From: Eledone cirrhosa
Taxonomy: Eukaryota
DNA: 64,000 bases
Direction of reading: 5' to 3'
Assembly: GCA_964016885.1 (NCBI GenBank)
Contig: OZ024740.1
Coordinates: 372,930,001-372,994,000 of the forward strand
Both the position numbers and the translations under genes were made by a program. The notes below the pieces were generated by a model that was given only the letters and a program-made list of their open reading frames with translations, ran no database searches and was not told the DNA's origin. Shown piece by piece: positions 29,363-43,577 of the stretch (position 1 is the stretch's first letter; every line of letters starts with the position of its first letter).

Positions 29363-31057
29363 GGTTCTGAGCACAGAAAAATCATTTATCAAAGAAGTAC
29401 TCGATGCATTAGAGGATGCAGAGTTTAGAATTTAGATTTAGGAAGGACATACTCATCCTTAGAAGTAATCTAACAATGAAAACAATACCTTCCATGGAAT
29501 GACTTATTGAAGAATAGGAAGCTAGATTGTCCAGCTGCAGTGGAGAGCCTAATGTCTTCTTAACATAATGAGATTCGTGGTTGATAGTTTTTAAAGAAAT
29601 ACAGTGCTGCATAAATATAGTTATATTTTTACATGTCGGTGTTCTATGCAGTAATTTACGCCTGAACTACAACAGAGCAGATATGAACGAAAAACATGGA
29701 GTCACGTAAAACGTTCGAAATAGGTCTTCATTATGCCAAACATTCAGTTTCTTGAGTGGTTGAGAAAATTTGGACTTCCTCTAATTTTATCAACGTTTTC
29801 TTCCGTTTCACAATGGGTTATGCCAATCTTATATCCACAAGGTTGAACGATGATTGAACATATCACTGTTCTATTAACTGTGTTCCGCGTAGCTTGAAGA
29901 TATTGACTTGAAATATATTACGCTTCTCTGCAGATAAAGTTCAAATCTGCCGTCACTAATGTTGTGTTTCTCCTTTCCAGTTGTTAAATAAAATACATGT
30001 CAACAAATTTGGTTGATTCTCACTCTCTTTCAGATTCTTTTTATGGTAATGGACCAAGAATAGAATATTCCAATCGAGCAAGCCCCAATTTATCCCCAAC
30101 ATCCCGGAAGAAAAGTAATTTGAAAATTGTATGATCAAGTGGTTTCTCTAAGAATATCGTCCCATGCTCCCTTTCATAGATATTAGTTCTTCTTCCGTTA
30201 CATTATGTAAACTGTCTACACTCTATGCGGTATTTGATACGCGTTTTTCTGCTCGCTACCAATAACACAAGCATTTGTACACAGACAAACGAACGCAAAC
30301 ACTTGAATAAACACATAGACATACATATATAATTTATGTGCCAGAAACTGTATCCTTTAATTGTCCTTTTAGATATCTTTTATGGGCTCCATTTTAGTCA
30401 TTTAAAATTTAGTATTCTTTGTTCCTTGAAAGTAGTAAATCTACCAGTATTAAATATCGGTATACAAAGAATGAAACGAAATAAATTCTCTACAATAACG
30501 TCGCTGAATTGGAGTTTTACCTATTAGTGGAAAAAAGATATGCCAAAGTCGTTAATGTTCCTTTTTCCTAAGTGTTATATGCTATTCCTTCTTTTAAACT
30601 AGGATGAAATATAAATTAGATTCGTAGTTACTGGTGTTCGCCAGCCCACATACGCTGTGATTCTCTTGGGAAATTTAGTAAATATATACTGATAAAAATG
30701 AAATGGTTTTCCTTAAATATCTTCAAGTTTACTTTTCAAACGTATTATCTCCGATTGAAATCAGTTTAATATCTTTGAGTCTGAGTTAATTTTCAACAGC
30801 TTCTATCATGTTCGTGAAATTTTCAAACTGTTTTTTTTAATTTTTTGGTTCGTGCATTTAAACTATATATTTTTCCAGTAACATGAAGACAATGCACATA
30901 AAAATAACATGAATGAATTAATTTAAATGTTACCAATATGCAGGATAATCACCAAGTTAACAAGAGCCAGAGTTTACAGCAACACGAAGGCAAATATTGA
31001 CATGATTGCATATACTTCCTTTAAACAGAACTCACATATGCAGGCACATAAACTCGG

Positions 31058-31088
<31 letters not shown>

Positions 31089-31216
31089 TTCACACACACA
31101 CACACACACGCACACATTCACACACACACCAAATATATATATATATACATATACAGGGTCCACCTGGTTTCTTACCACACTTTCTTTGTACATATACTTA
31201 TATATACTTATATATA

Positions 31217-31307
<91 letters not shown>

Positions 31308-32719
31308 CTAAACAAATAGATAGATAGATTATTATATATATATGTATGTGTGTGTGAAAGGCATAGATGTGTCCGTTGATATAGCCAAATTCACGTTTAT
31401 GTGAAGTGGATGTGCGTAAGTAAAAGGAAAGAGTCAATTTACCATTAGTTTTACTCAACGTAGTCGATGGAGTTGTGTAAATTAGATATATTGGTGATAA
31501 GAGATGCATCACCGAGCATAGTTCATAGGTTCCATGACGTATTTCTCCAAGTAATATCACAAAACATGGAAACATCTGGTGGAGTTCGAAGAAACATTCA
31601 TTAAACAATTATGTCTCTGACTAAGGTTGCAATACAGTTATGTAATCGCCAACGAAAGTTAGATTATTACTTAATCCACAATCTCACATTGTGTAGTTGA
31701 ATACTAAATAACATCAGAGGGATTCGGGAAAAAGTGAAGTCAAGTGTATGAGGTCGTTCTAATATAGTAAATTATGTATGAACACAGATACATAATCGAT
31801 GTATCTATGGGCAAATTTACTAGAAAATTTACATCTAAATTTAAATAAATATACAGGTATACATGCGTACAATACATCGGTGCACATGTTGAAGCGGTGG
31901 TAAACAAACCTGAAAGTAACCAATCGATTGTGTCAGTTGGTCATTAGGAGAAATGGGTGTGCCGACAAGTAGAGAAGTATATTTTTGTGAATACTTTGAC
32001 ACTGCAGATTAAATTAAGAGAGGATAGCTAGTGTAATATGCATTTGTTATGGGAAAAGAACAAATGAAAGGAGGACTATAGGTAGATATCATATTTGATA
32101 TCTACAATTTAGGCTGGTTGATCGTGCTAAGTGAGATGCGTATAGAGAGGGACACAGATGACAGGTTGAAACAAAGATCTATAAATGACGAATGAAAAAG
32201 ATTTAATGTAGATGTGTATGGATGCTAGAAATTTCGTGAAAATAGACCCAGAGCTGTAGGATTGAACCTAACATAGTTGTGATACTTATTGGTGCATGCG
32301 CTGTAGAATTTAAAGTTTGTGCATAGAATACCTATGTAATTACGCTAAAACGTTTTTACGTCCATTATCTGAAGAGTAATGTAGTACAAGTGATCTAAAC
32401 ATTAATTGTGGTACAGTGAGTATGGCAGTTAGATGTGTGTATTACTTCGGCTAGTGTTATAAAACATATATAAAGGTATGTGGGTTAATTAGCGCTATAG
32501 ACGTTTCTCTACCTATGAAATAGAAGGGGAGTGTGTTAGCAGTAATATTATTCTACAAAAAGGCCTTCACTACATTAGATATTTAATTAGCTTTAACTAC
32601 ATTTCATACATTGTTTAATTCAATCTAAATTTGTTTTATTACCATTTCATATATGTAATTTACTTTACCTGATGTAATTTACATTCTGATGAAGCAAATT
32701 AACACGCCGCCTAGAGACT

Positions 32720-32809
<90 letters not shown>

Positions 32810-35271
32810 GGTGTACACAAATAAAAGAAACAGTATACTTTCTTGTCATCCTGGGAAATTTAAAATTTCTCTCAGGCTATGCTTAGATGATAAGTTCGAA
32901 ACATGTCTGGAGATATCCCCATAATGCTTCAGGTGAAACAAAATCTCCTCTGCATCCCAGACTTATGAAAATGTAATTAACATTTCTTGTCTATATTGAT
33001 AGAACTGAAATATTTACAAAATAATTGTTCTCATCACTGAGAGTGTAAATCTAATTAATTAGTACGTCTCGATATCACATCGTGTTCCAAGTTACTACTG
33101 TGTAGTGACAGGATAAATAACATCATATTTTACAGACACTTGTAACCATACATTCCATATATAAATATGAAAATTAAAGTACTATATTTTCTTAAATATA
33201 TGGCTGTGTTTGAAATCTTACCAAGTCATAGAAATGACATAAAATCCATCAAAATATGTGGTGCGTATAGTTAAAGACTTTACTGTGATAACACTACTTG
33301 AGAAAATGAAAGCATTTGCCGAATATTTAATAAGTATCCAATTACATCGTTTCCAGACTGGTAATATATCTAATTTTCTTTCCTAGCGTTACAGAAAGGT
33401 CTGACATTGCTAGTAGTCTTTTCATGTTATACATGAATAGAATCTAAATCGACTATTCGAATTGATCGGCATTAATTCGGTTTTGAAGAGGTGAATTGTA
33501 TCTAAAGTAAGAAATACATTAGTAGGCTTCGGATTTCAGCTTATTCTAATAATAAAGACGTAGCAATATACATTTTATGGTTGTAAGAATTGTGTTGTTA
33601 TTTAAGTTTCACCGATTAATGTTAATAATTTTCAGTTGATGTGAAATAAATCTAATCAGCTCAATTATGTTATAGTTATAAGTTTGATACGAAGAGTTAT
33701 AAGTTTGATACGAAGCTGTAATGTTGCAAATACAATAGGAAAAAATAGAGTGACCAATGCTGCTTAATGTACATAACAGAAAAGCGGAAATTTGTTACAT
33801 TTATGAAGTTAATTAATGATCCTTTGCGTAATTCGCATTAAGATAGTCACTTTCGTTGGGGTTAACCTGATTCAAACAGGGAAATTATAATTCATTACTA
33901 TTGAGTTTAGAGTTTCCTATAAAGACAAGATACGCCCTTCATAAGTATAAATTGAGAACAGGTCAACGGTGATACATTTACATAACAGGCAAATAATTCC
34001 AATATATTCAAAAGTGAATGTAGAGGAGAACATAAACACTGATATTTAATAAGTCTGCAGTATTACCAGCCAACCATAAGCAGAATAACTTACTGCAACA
34101 GGAAATATTTTTAAACGTGAAAAGTTTCTCTAAATTATAATCATTTAAGATGCAGAATCTATTTTCTGCTTTTTTATTGCAATAGCATTTAACGTATGGT
34201 ATCAATTGTAAAGTATTTTCAAAGAGAAATTGCAATGCAATTATTCTCAACTGCAAGTTTAGAATATGAAGTAAAACAGATTAAATATCTATATTTATGT
34301 AGAAAAAAGAAACATATTTCGAAGAATATAGAAAGATAAAACTAAACTGAAATAATTTAACATTTAACTTGTTCATATTCTACTTTGTTTTGGGATATTA
34401 TTTATATGCTCGAGTAATCGTCGATCGCATGTGAAAAGTCGATTTCCTATTTTGAGGCCCCAAATCTGAAATTTTCAGTAAACCTCGTATAAGCGTCGAC
34501 GCTAATAATTCACGCATAAATGTCAACATTTTAAGGCAAAGAATCATCATGTACGTAGTAATAACATTCTTACAAAATCGCCATGAATTTAAAACAAATT
34601 TATATTATTGCGAATACATGTCTGAAAATAAAGTCTTATGTTGAACTGAATGAATTATAAATAGAAATGACAAACTAATATACCATAACGCACCTGTGAT
34701 GAGCGTGAGTTTAATCCCGAATATGACAATACTATGATTGGAGAGTTACCATGCGAAACACACCGAGCAAGTATAGGCCAGTGGAGAGTATTGCAATAGG
34801 CAGTGGCATACGGTAGATATATTAGCCATGGTAATTATGAGGTATAAATTCATTGCACAAAGCTGGTCTGATGAGTTTGATGGATTCGAGTTAACGAGCA
34901 AGTGTAAATATTTATAAGAACTACACGGCAATGTATTTAGAAGGACGTGTGATTTGATGCATAGAATCCGTAATATTACTGTAATTTATTGGGTTTTTTA
35001 TTCGTTTAGAAATCCCGTTGAGTTTCTGCTACTGATACTGTACTTTGGTTTCTAGCTTGACTTTCAAGCCCCTCGAAGACACAAAAGACACCATAAATTT
35101 AACCTTTAAAAATGGTTTTGAAAAAGTTCGATATTTATACGAGTATATATATATATATGAAGTTGGTCACCCAGGCTGGCAACTGCTGGTTCTGGCTGCC
35201 TTCAGGTCTGAAACAGTTTTCTCTAATTTTTAGCCCCTTGGATTGTTTACCATTATTATATTTCTTTATTA

Positions 35272-35455
35272 GATGGATTGGCAGTATCGGTAGAGGGTCG
35301 GACGCCATGCTTTTGAGCATAGTTACGTCCATTTACGATCTGAGTTCAAATCTCGCAGAGGTTGACTTTGCCTTTCATCCTTACGGGGTCGATAAAATAA
35401 AGTACCAGTAATGCACTGGGTGATTGCTAGCCTTGTTCCTAAAGTAGAAACAATT
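35272..35455 (+). mobile_element. tRNA-derived SINE (family A)
   Basis: A-box TGGCAGTATCGG, B-box GAGTTCAAATCTC and family body. Confidence 0.9.
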
Positions 35456-35481
35456 ATATTTCTTTATTAGATACATTTCGT

Positions 35482-35541
35482 AACACCTGATGATCTTACC
35501 GGATTCTTGCGGAGCCCGGTCATTGAAATGTGCATAGTGTT
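35482..35541 (+). ncRNA. Type I hammerhead ribozyme, same family as 23095
   Basis: AACAC-CTGATGA-..ACCGG..CCGGT..-GAAAT GTGC ATA-GTGTT. Confidence 0.78.
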
Positions 35542-35733
35542 TATAATAAACGTTTACGGAATTTCACCTGTCTAGCCTCCTGTCATTTTACTCAATAATA
35601 ATTAACCCCGTTTTCGCACCACCGACACTATTTATCATAAACGAAGATGGGTGAGTTGCATTATCTCCCGTGCTTTTCCTAATATAACATCACGGTTGAC
35701 TATAAGGTATGACCGGTTCTATCCACCGATAAA

Positions 35734-35851
<118 letters not shown>

Positions 35852-35894
35852 TGTGTCTGTCTGTGAGAGAGAGTGTGTGTGTGAAGGCACATGC

Positions 35895-36190
35895 ATACCA
35901 ATCCTGATGTCAGTTCGATTCTCGGACCTGGTGAGATATTGTATCTTTGAGCAAGACCCTTCATTTCAAGTTGTCCTAGTTCACTCAGCTGTAGAAATGA
36001 GTTGCTGCATCACTGGTGCCAAGATTTATTGGGCTTTTATTTGCACAAGATTGGTGGCGTGGAGAGCTGGATGCATTGGTGACTGCTCTTTTTCTACAGA
36101 AAACATAGCCTGGACTTGTGTCACGAAGGAGACCTTTCTTGGTGCAAGTAACATGGTCATTCTTGACCGAAAGAGGTCTTTAACCTTATC
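35895..36190 (+). mobile_element. tRNA-derived SINE, second family
   Basis: B-box GTTCGATTCTC, then ttgagcaagaccc...ttcactcagctgtagaaatgagttgc; resembles a cephalopod SINE from recall. Confidence 0.6.
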
Positions 36191-36579
36191 GTTGCCCTAT
36201 GCACGTTTGTACGTTGCAAAATGCTATTGAAAGGCTTAACAATATGGCAAGCACTTCAAAAGTCGTACTGTAATTTGGATTACTGAGCTACGATGTTGAT
36301 AAATTCTTGAAATTATCCTCGACAGGCAATGAATCCTACCATGTTTTCTTAACATTTTGCATGACTTAATGTTGGTACTAGGTGCATTAGAATGTCTAAA
36401 ACAAAGTAGCGAACGAACATAGAACATAAGCAGTAGATTTAAGAATATTGTCCACCCAATACAGCTAATTGCCTCTCTTGAAGCAACTCAGAGGTGCGCC
36501 CACTATTCTGTTTGTATCCTCAACTTACTTTACATATTCTTCCTTAACTACATCCATCGCAACATCATTATCTATGGAT

Positions 36580-36668
36580 AAGTTAACATGCATAATATTA
36601 TTATCATTGTTAACATGCATAATATTATTATCAAAGTTAACATGCATAATATTATTATCATTGTTAAC
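36580..36668. repeat. 27-bp minisatellite, about 3.2 copies
   Basis: gttaac starts at 36582, 36609, 36636 and 36663; unit gttaacatgcataatattattatcaWW. Confidence 0.95.
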
Positions 36669-37192
36669 TTTAGTGTAGTTGTTTGATAAATACGTTAATA
36701 GCCTAATTTTATCCATTATGGCCTTCACTTTCTCTTCTGTGCGAGAGGCTATCGGAAACAACGTAACGACCTTGTCTGGAACTTAATAATTCTGGAATAC
36801 GTTCCACGAAGTACGGAGTGTTTGTTCCTCGTTTAGACATTCAAACATATGTGCGCTTCTTCCTCTGATAAAATCAGCGTTACGCACAATTTTAAAGTCG
36901 AGAATACTTATCCTAGTCACATACAGTTTAATGAAACTTCTCTATCAGTGAATTGTTTACGCATAACACATTCCCTATGTATAACATCAACTGTGTAATG
37001 TCTTAAGCGGTGCTCTACGCTATAACCCTAGAATATTATGTTTTAAATTATGTTGATATCAGCTACTATAAGGAACCTTGTGGAGCACATCCTATACAAA
37101 ATCTCTATACAATCAAATGAAACAAAGTACGTACCTCAATATAAACACATTCTAAATGCAAAGTAAATTACTAAAAGTCGCCTACGCAGCAT

Positions 37193-37310
<118 letters not shown>

Positions 37311-37443
37311 TAAACGGAATAGAAAATGCTGACAAATTGTTCACAGTTGAAAAATGGTTTAATTAGGAATAAAAGAGTATTAGTGATTGTTATAAAACAT
37401 ATATAAAGGGTTAGTATTCAGTTGTGGTTTTAAGTTTTTAAGT

Positions 37444-37480
37444 TTTTACCGGTTGCGCATTTCTAAATGCTTTTCAAAAA
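37444..37480 (-). ncRNA. Hammerhead-like motif (mirror of 41584-41620)
   Basis: Reverse complement identical in core and stems. Confidence 0.55.
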
Positions 37481-37881
37481 TAATTTTGAGATAGAGTGTC
37501 CGTGCTGTTTGCTCTGATCTGATTAGTTTTGGGAATTCTACCTGTTTTTATGTTAAAAAAGTGGCTCCAATTTGCAAAAATTCTTGTGGTCAAAACAGTT
37601 TTGATTGGTCGGTAGAGGTCACGTGAATGTAAAAAATTGATTTTGCGCCAAGACTGTTTTTATGTTAAAAAAGTGGCTCCAGCAAAATTTCTTGTGGTCA
37701 AAACAATTTTGATTGGTCGGTAGAGGTCATGTGAATAAAAAATTGGTTTTGCGCCAAGATTGAGAAATGACCCTTTCACAACAAATATGTGTGTGTGTGT
37801 GTGTGTGTGTAGTAGTAGTAGTAAGGTGTTCGATGTTGTGATAATGGTTAGCAGCGATGTGTGTCAAATGGCTATTAAGAT

Positions 37882-37978
<97 letters not shown>

Positions 37979-38153
37979 GCAGAGTAATTTGTGGTGGCAG
38001 GGATGGTCAGTAAGAATGTGTCTGAAAGCAACGGGGGGTATTTTAGCATGTCAAAAGATATTTTTCAGCTTTTGTCTTATACGGCGAAGTGCGTGTGTGT
38101 GTGTATATATAAGTCTCTTTGTATGTTGATGTATGCGTGTGTATGTGTGTGTG

Positions 38154-38206
<53 letters not shown>

Positions 38207-38925
38207 ACCAGTATTTTTTCCCCCTGGTAAAATGGTGTACATTATTCGATTTTTTCAGTAAAATCGGTTCTCTTAATAGAACATCAAAAATCTTAACAAA
38301 AAAAGGTGTGAAATGATATTCACTATATATATATATACACATACATATATTCACTATATTGCATCTGTATTATTTTTGACCGTCGGTCAGTCAATGGCAA
38401 CATTGAGGACCGAGTAAGTTAGATCGCAGATAAGAAAGAATGGGAAGAATTAAATAGATTAAAAACCGACAGAACCATTGCAATTAAAGAGGCTGATGAA
38501 GGGAGTACAGAAGTCCTAATGGAGACAGAATTCTATATCAACTTAACGCTCTCCACTTTGGAAAACGAAACATACTACGAAAAGGCTGAACACTACAATC
38601 AACAGAAAATTATGAGAAACCTAAAAACTCTAATCAACCAATACAAAGAAGGACTCACTAACAAGGAATTCAGTTTCATCACATACTTCACAAGTAAATC
38701 CAGCCTTTCTACGGTATCCCTAAAGTACATAAAAGCGAATCAATAAGTAAGGCATGCAAGGAAGCCACAGACATAGTCATCAATGTCCCCTCACCCAATG
38801 ATCACAAATTAAGACCTATAATAGCAGGCCCCGCTTGCAAAACGCACCGTCTTAGCAACTTCATTGATACCCTTCTCAAACCCTTCCTGAAGCACATCAA
38901 AAGCTATATAAGGGACGACCTAGAT

Positions 38926-40368
38926 ATGCTCAATCACCTCCCTAATATGCCACTTTCTGAACAAACCCTACTAGTGATGTTCGATGTAGTCAACCTACAC
39001 TCCAACATCCCACACAACCTAGGAATAGAAGCTATCCAATTCTGGCTGGATAATTTCCACAATGAACTCCCACAACGCATCAAAAAAGATTTCGTGATAG
39101 AGGGACTCAAATTTATCTTGGAGAACAATTACTTCGTTTTCAATAACAAACCCTACAGGCAAAAATCTGGGACCGCTATGGGAACGAAAACAGCCCCCAC
39201 TTATGCCAACCTAGTCATGAGATACCTGGAAATCACCCTCTACACTAAAGTCCTAAACAAATTTGGAAACACCCTCCACTTACACATTGAAAGGAACTGG
39301 AAGCGATATCTAGATGACTGCTTCATCCTTTGGCACGAAAACATCGAAAAACTTAAAGAATTTCACACCCTTATAAATGGGCTCAACACAAATATTAACT
39401 TCACGATGGAATACAGCCATCAACAACTCCCCTTCCTCGACATCCTCATTAAGATCCATAACAAAAAAATAGAAACAGACATATACTACAAGCCCACAGA
39501 CTCCAAGCAATATCTCCCTTTCAACTCTTGCCACCCTAGACACGTTAAAATTAATATTCCCTACAACTTAGCCAAGATAATCTGTACTATAGTCTCCAAT
39601 AAAAACATCTGCTACTTACGGCTAAAAGAACTAAAGGACACACTCATAGGCAGGGACTACCCTGCATCACTAATTGACAATGGAATCCAACGTGCCCTAA
39701 AACTCAGTACCCAGGACCTTAGACACCCTAAAGTAAATCAACCAAAACTAAAAGCTCTTCCATACATCTCCACACACAACCCCCTCAACAATGAGGCCTT
39801 TGACACCATCCTCCAGAACATCCCTGTATTGAAAAAGGACCATAGAATGAACCAAATTCTACGAACACACGATATCATAAAGAGCAAAAGACAATCCAAG
39901 TCAATGAAAAACATCTTAACACATGCCAAAGTACTGCCAACCACAACAACGAAACCCACAGTAAAAAAATGCGATAGACCCAACTGTGGCATTTGCATCA
40001 ACCTAATAGAGGGTTCGGAATTCTATTTCAAAGATGGACAACGTTTTATAGTAAAACACAATTTCACATGTGCATCGGAAAATCTGATATATGTATTAAC
40101 TTGTTCATGTTGTCGAGAACAATACATAGGCCAGACCAAAAACAGCCTCCGCCAACGCATGACTGTCCATAGATCCCAAATCAAAATACGGGAATACAGG
40201 AAAATACCACTGAGTGAACACACTGATACCTGTGCCGCCCAAAATCCTCCCAACTTCAGAATATTTCCCCTCTACAAATTTAAAGATAATGCCACCCACA
40301 CCCAGCGCATCAGCAAGGAATCTTACTTCATTAACAAATACGGACCCCGTCTAAACACTTCTCCCTAA
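38926..40368 (+). CDS. PLE reverse transcriptase plus GIY-YIG endonuclease (480 aa open; N-terminal part frameshifted from about 38435)
   Basis: FDVVNL, QKSGTAMGT..APTYANL, RYLDDCF, LPFLD, YYKPTD, SCHP, CDRPNCGIC, LIYVLTC..QYIGQT, R..H, E...I...LN. Confidence 0.95.
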   Translation: MLNHLPNMPLSEQTLLVMFDVVNLHSNIPHNLGIEAIQFWLDNFHNELPQRIKKDFVIEGLKFILENNYFVFNNKPYRQKSGTAMGTKTAPTYANLVMRYLEITLYTKVLNKFGNTLHLHIERNWKRYLDDCFILWHENIEKLKEFHTLINGLNTNINFTMEYSHQQLPFLDILIKIHNKKIETDIYYKPTDSKQYLPFNSCHPRHVKINIPYNLAKIICTIVSNKNICYLRLKELKDTLIGRDYPASLIDNGIQRALKLSTQDLRHPKVNQPKLKALPYISTHNPLNNEAFDTILQNIPVLKKDHRMNQILRTHDIIKSKRQSKSMKNILTHAKVLPTTTTKPTVKKCDRPNCGICINLIEGSEFYFKDGQRFIVKHNFTCASENLIYVLTCSCCREQYIGQTKNSLRQRMTVHRSQIKIREYRKIPLSEHTDTCAAQNPPNFRIFPLYKFKDNATHTQRISKESYFINKYGPRLNTSP

Positions 40369-40855
40369 GACGAACCCACAACATACACACGTCAACATAC
40401 ATACCTACATCAGCACACATCTCTACCCACATATAAACACAATGACATACGTAAACACAGATGCTCTATGGTGCAACACAAAAAAATATATGTGCATATA
40501 TATATGTATATATGTATATATATATATTGTTATACTTGGGGAGGGTCATATTTGCGTAATATTGCCAGAATTAATAACAGAACACACTCACTGTTTGGTT
40601 GGTTTTCGCTTCTCGCTGTCTTTTATATCTGCGATCTAACTTACTCGGTCCTCAATGTTGCCATTGACTGACCGACGGTCAAAAATAATACAGATGCAAT
40701 ATAGTGAATATATGTATGTGTATATATATATAGTGAATATCATTTCACACCTTTTTTTGTTAAGATTTTTCATGTTCTATTAAGAGAACCGATTTTACTG
40801 AAAAAATCGAATAATGTACACCATTTTACCAGGGGGGGGAAAATACTGGTCCACC

Positions 40856-40899
<44 letters not shown>

Positions 40900-40953
40900 C
40901 ACACACACACATACACACGCGTACATCAACATACAAAGAGACTTATATATACG

Positions 40954-40984
<31 letters not shown>

Positions 40985-41196
40985 TTCTCCGTATAAGACA
41001 AAAGCTGAAAAATATCTTTTGACATGCTAAAATACCCCCCATTGCTTTCAGACACATTCTTACTGACCATCCTTGCCACCACAAATTACTCTGCTATACA
41101 CACACACACACACACTCACACTTATCTTAATAGCCATTTGACACACATCGCTGCTAACCATTATCACAACATCGAACACCTTACTACTACTACTAC

Positions 41197-41279
<83 letters not shown>

Positions 41280-41583
41280 TTGTTGTGAAAGAGTCATTTC
41301 TCAATCTTGGCACAAAACCAATTTTTTATTCACATGACCTCTACCGACCAATCAAAATTGTTTTGACCAGAAGAATTTTTGCTGGAGCCACTTTTTTAAC
41401 ATAAAAACAGTCTTGGCGTAAAATCAATTTTTTACATTCACATGACCTCTACCGACCAATCAAAATTGTTTTGACCACAAGAATTTTTGCAAATTGGAGC
41501 CACTTTTTTAACATAAAAACAGGTAGAATTCCCAAAACTAATCAGATCAGAGCAAACAGCACGGACACTCTATCTCAAAATTA

Positions 41584-41620
41584 TTTTTGAAAAGCATTTA
41601 GAAATGCGCAACCGGTAAAA
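41584..41620 (+). ncRNA. Compact hammerhead-like motif, U3-A8 core with A13C
   Basis: TTT-TTGAAAA-GCATTT ag AAATGC-GCAAC CG GTA-AAA; palindromic stem III ACCGGT. Confidence 0.55.
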
Positions 41621-41777
41621 CCTTAAGAACTTAAAACCACAACTGAATACTAACCCATACAATCACTAATACTCTTTTATTCCTAATTAAACCATTTTTC
41701 AACTGTGAACAATTTGTCAGCATTTTCTATTCCGTTTACCAATATATAATAACTTGTGTGTTACACCTCTATTCTTT

Positions 41778-41895
<118 letters not shown>

Positions 41896-41941
41896 TACAG
41901 AAAAAAGTGAATCAGTGTTGCGACGAAAGGAATTTATTGGG

Positions 41942-42031
41942 CATATTACAATTGTTTCTCGGGCGACAAGCTCGAGGCACGACGATATGGTGATCAAACC
42001 TGACTCTGAGATCGCGCGGCCCTCGGATACG
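41942..42031 (-). ncRNA. Decayed hammerhead ribozyme
   Basis: Minus strand: CGTAT-CCGAGGG-CCGCGCG...CGCCCGA-GAAAC AATT GTA-ATATG, followed by AATAAATTCCTT. Confidence 0.5.
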
Positions 42032-42484
42032 TCTCGATTCTACGAAGCAGATTGTCTTTTAACATAGAATTCCTTCGTTTGTTGATTTAGATCCTGTTGG
42101 TGTCATTCCATGAGAGGTCAAGAATTGTACACGTCAACGGTATTTCTAGCCACTCATGTTTGCGAACCTGTCAATCAAAATTCCTTAATGTCTCAGAATT
42201 ACTACTGTGGTGGCAGACGGGCTGTATCTTGAACGGCTGGCATCACTTCGACATCTTCATTGTCCCTAGGCGCCTTAGCCTACAGCGGTCAGGTGCACAC
42301 CCGCAATGATGCTGTATGCGGCAGTCATTGTAAATAATGTATGGCGGGAATTTTTTTTAAAAACAAATCATAGGGATATTTAGCATAACATTTTTAGGAC
42401 ACATACATATTTCAAAAAGAAAAAGAAAAAGAAAAAACCTGTATTAAGAACGTTTTTAAATGAAAGCTTTCAACAGCGTTTCAA

Positions 42485-43074
42485 ACAGAAAGGCTATATC
42501 AAAGCTGTTTTCAACAAATACACCGAATTCTCCACTGACATACTGGACTCAGGGAAACGCGCATAGCCAAGACGCCGCACATATATAGACAGATGAGAAA
42601 GAAAAATCCATAGATAGTAATCGGTACCCCCGTGCAGTCATGCTCAGACAAATACATCGACCCAGATATGCGCACACCCGTGCTCATGCATGTCTGTATT
42701 GATACACATACATACATGCACCCGCGTGCTCCCACACCGGAGGCATATACTGTGTGCACCATCTGTGCAGCTGCGCGTGTGAGGACGGATGAGGGGGTAC
42801 TCATCAAGTATATACCACCAGTTTGGGAGCACGCGGGTGCATGTGTGTAAGTGTGTCCATACAGACATGCATGAGCAAGTGTGTGGGCATATCTGGGTCG
42901 ATGTATTTGTCTGTGCATATCTGCGTGGGGTTATGGATGACTATCTATGGATTTTTCTTTTCTCATCTGTCTATATATGTGCGGCGTCTTGGATATGCGC
43001 GCTTCCCTGAGTCCAGTGTGTGACTGTAGAATTGGGTGTATTTGTTGAAAATAACTTTGATATAGCCTTTCTGT
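42485..43074. repeat. Fold-back element, arms about 42485-42751/42806-43074, ending in (TA)n
   Basis: acagaaaggctatatcaaag... mirrored as ...ctttgatatagcctttctgt; relatively GC-rich arms. Confidence 0.9.
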
Positions 43075-43084
43075 ATATATATAA

Positions 43085-43121
<37 letters not shown>

Positions 43122-43577
43122 ATCGTATGCTTATTTACTATACGTCTACATTATTATAGAAACAAGTTCATGAGTCAGCGATTTAACTTTATTAAAACGT
43201 AACCGAAATGTGAGGATAGATATCTATAAATATAACATAAAACCATGGTTAGTAATTATATTTATGTACATGTTTGATAACATCAAACGTTTGATAAATC
43301 CTGAAGCATTAATTACGATTTCCATTTGATTATATATGAACTTTGCTTCCTGCTACATATAAAATACACAAAATATGATTGACACTATCTGGCTAAGGTG
43401 TATTTTGTACAATTTAATCAAACATTTCCAACACTGTCACATCTTTTTGGCATACTTCCAATCTCATACCCATAACCATTTTTAAATATGAAAAATATAT
43501 TAATCTCATTCACACTTCTCAATTTCTCTCTTTCACACTTTTCCTCTCTTCCTATATTTCTACCTATCTATCTATAT

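Noticed and set aside
32686-32912. CTGATGAAGC ... CGAAACATGTC spanning a (TA)n tract
   Set aside because: Stems I and II do not pair convincingly.
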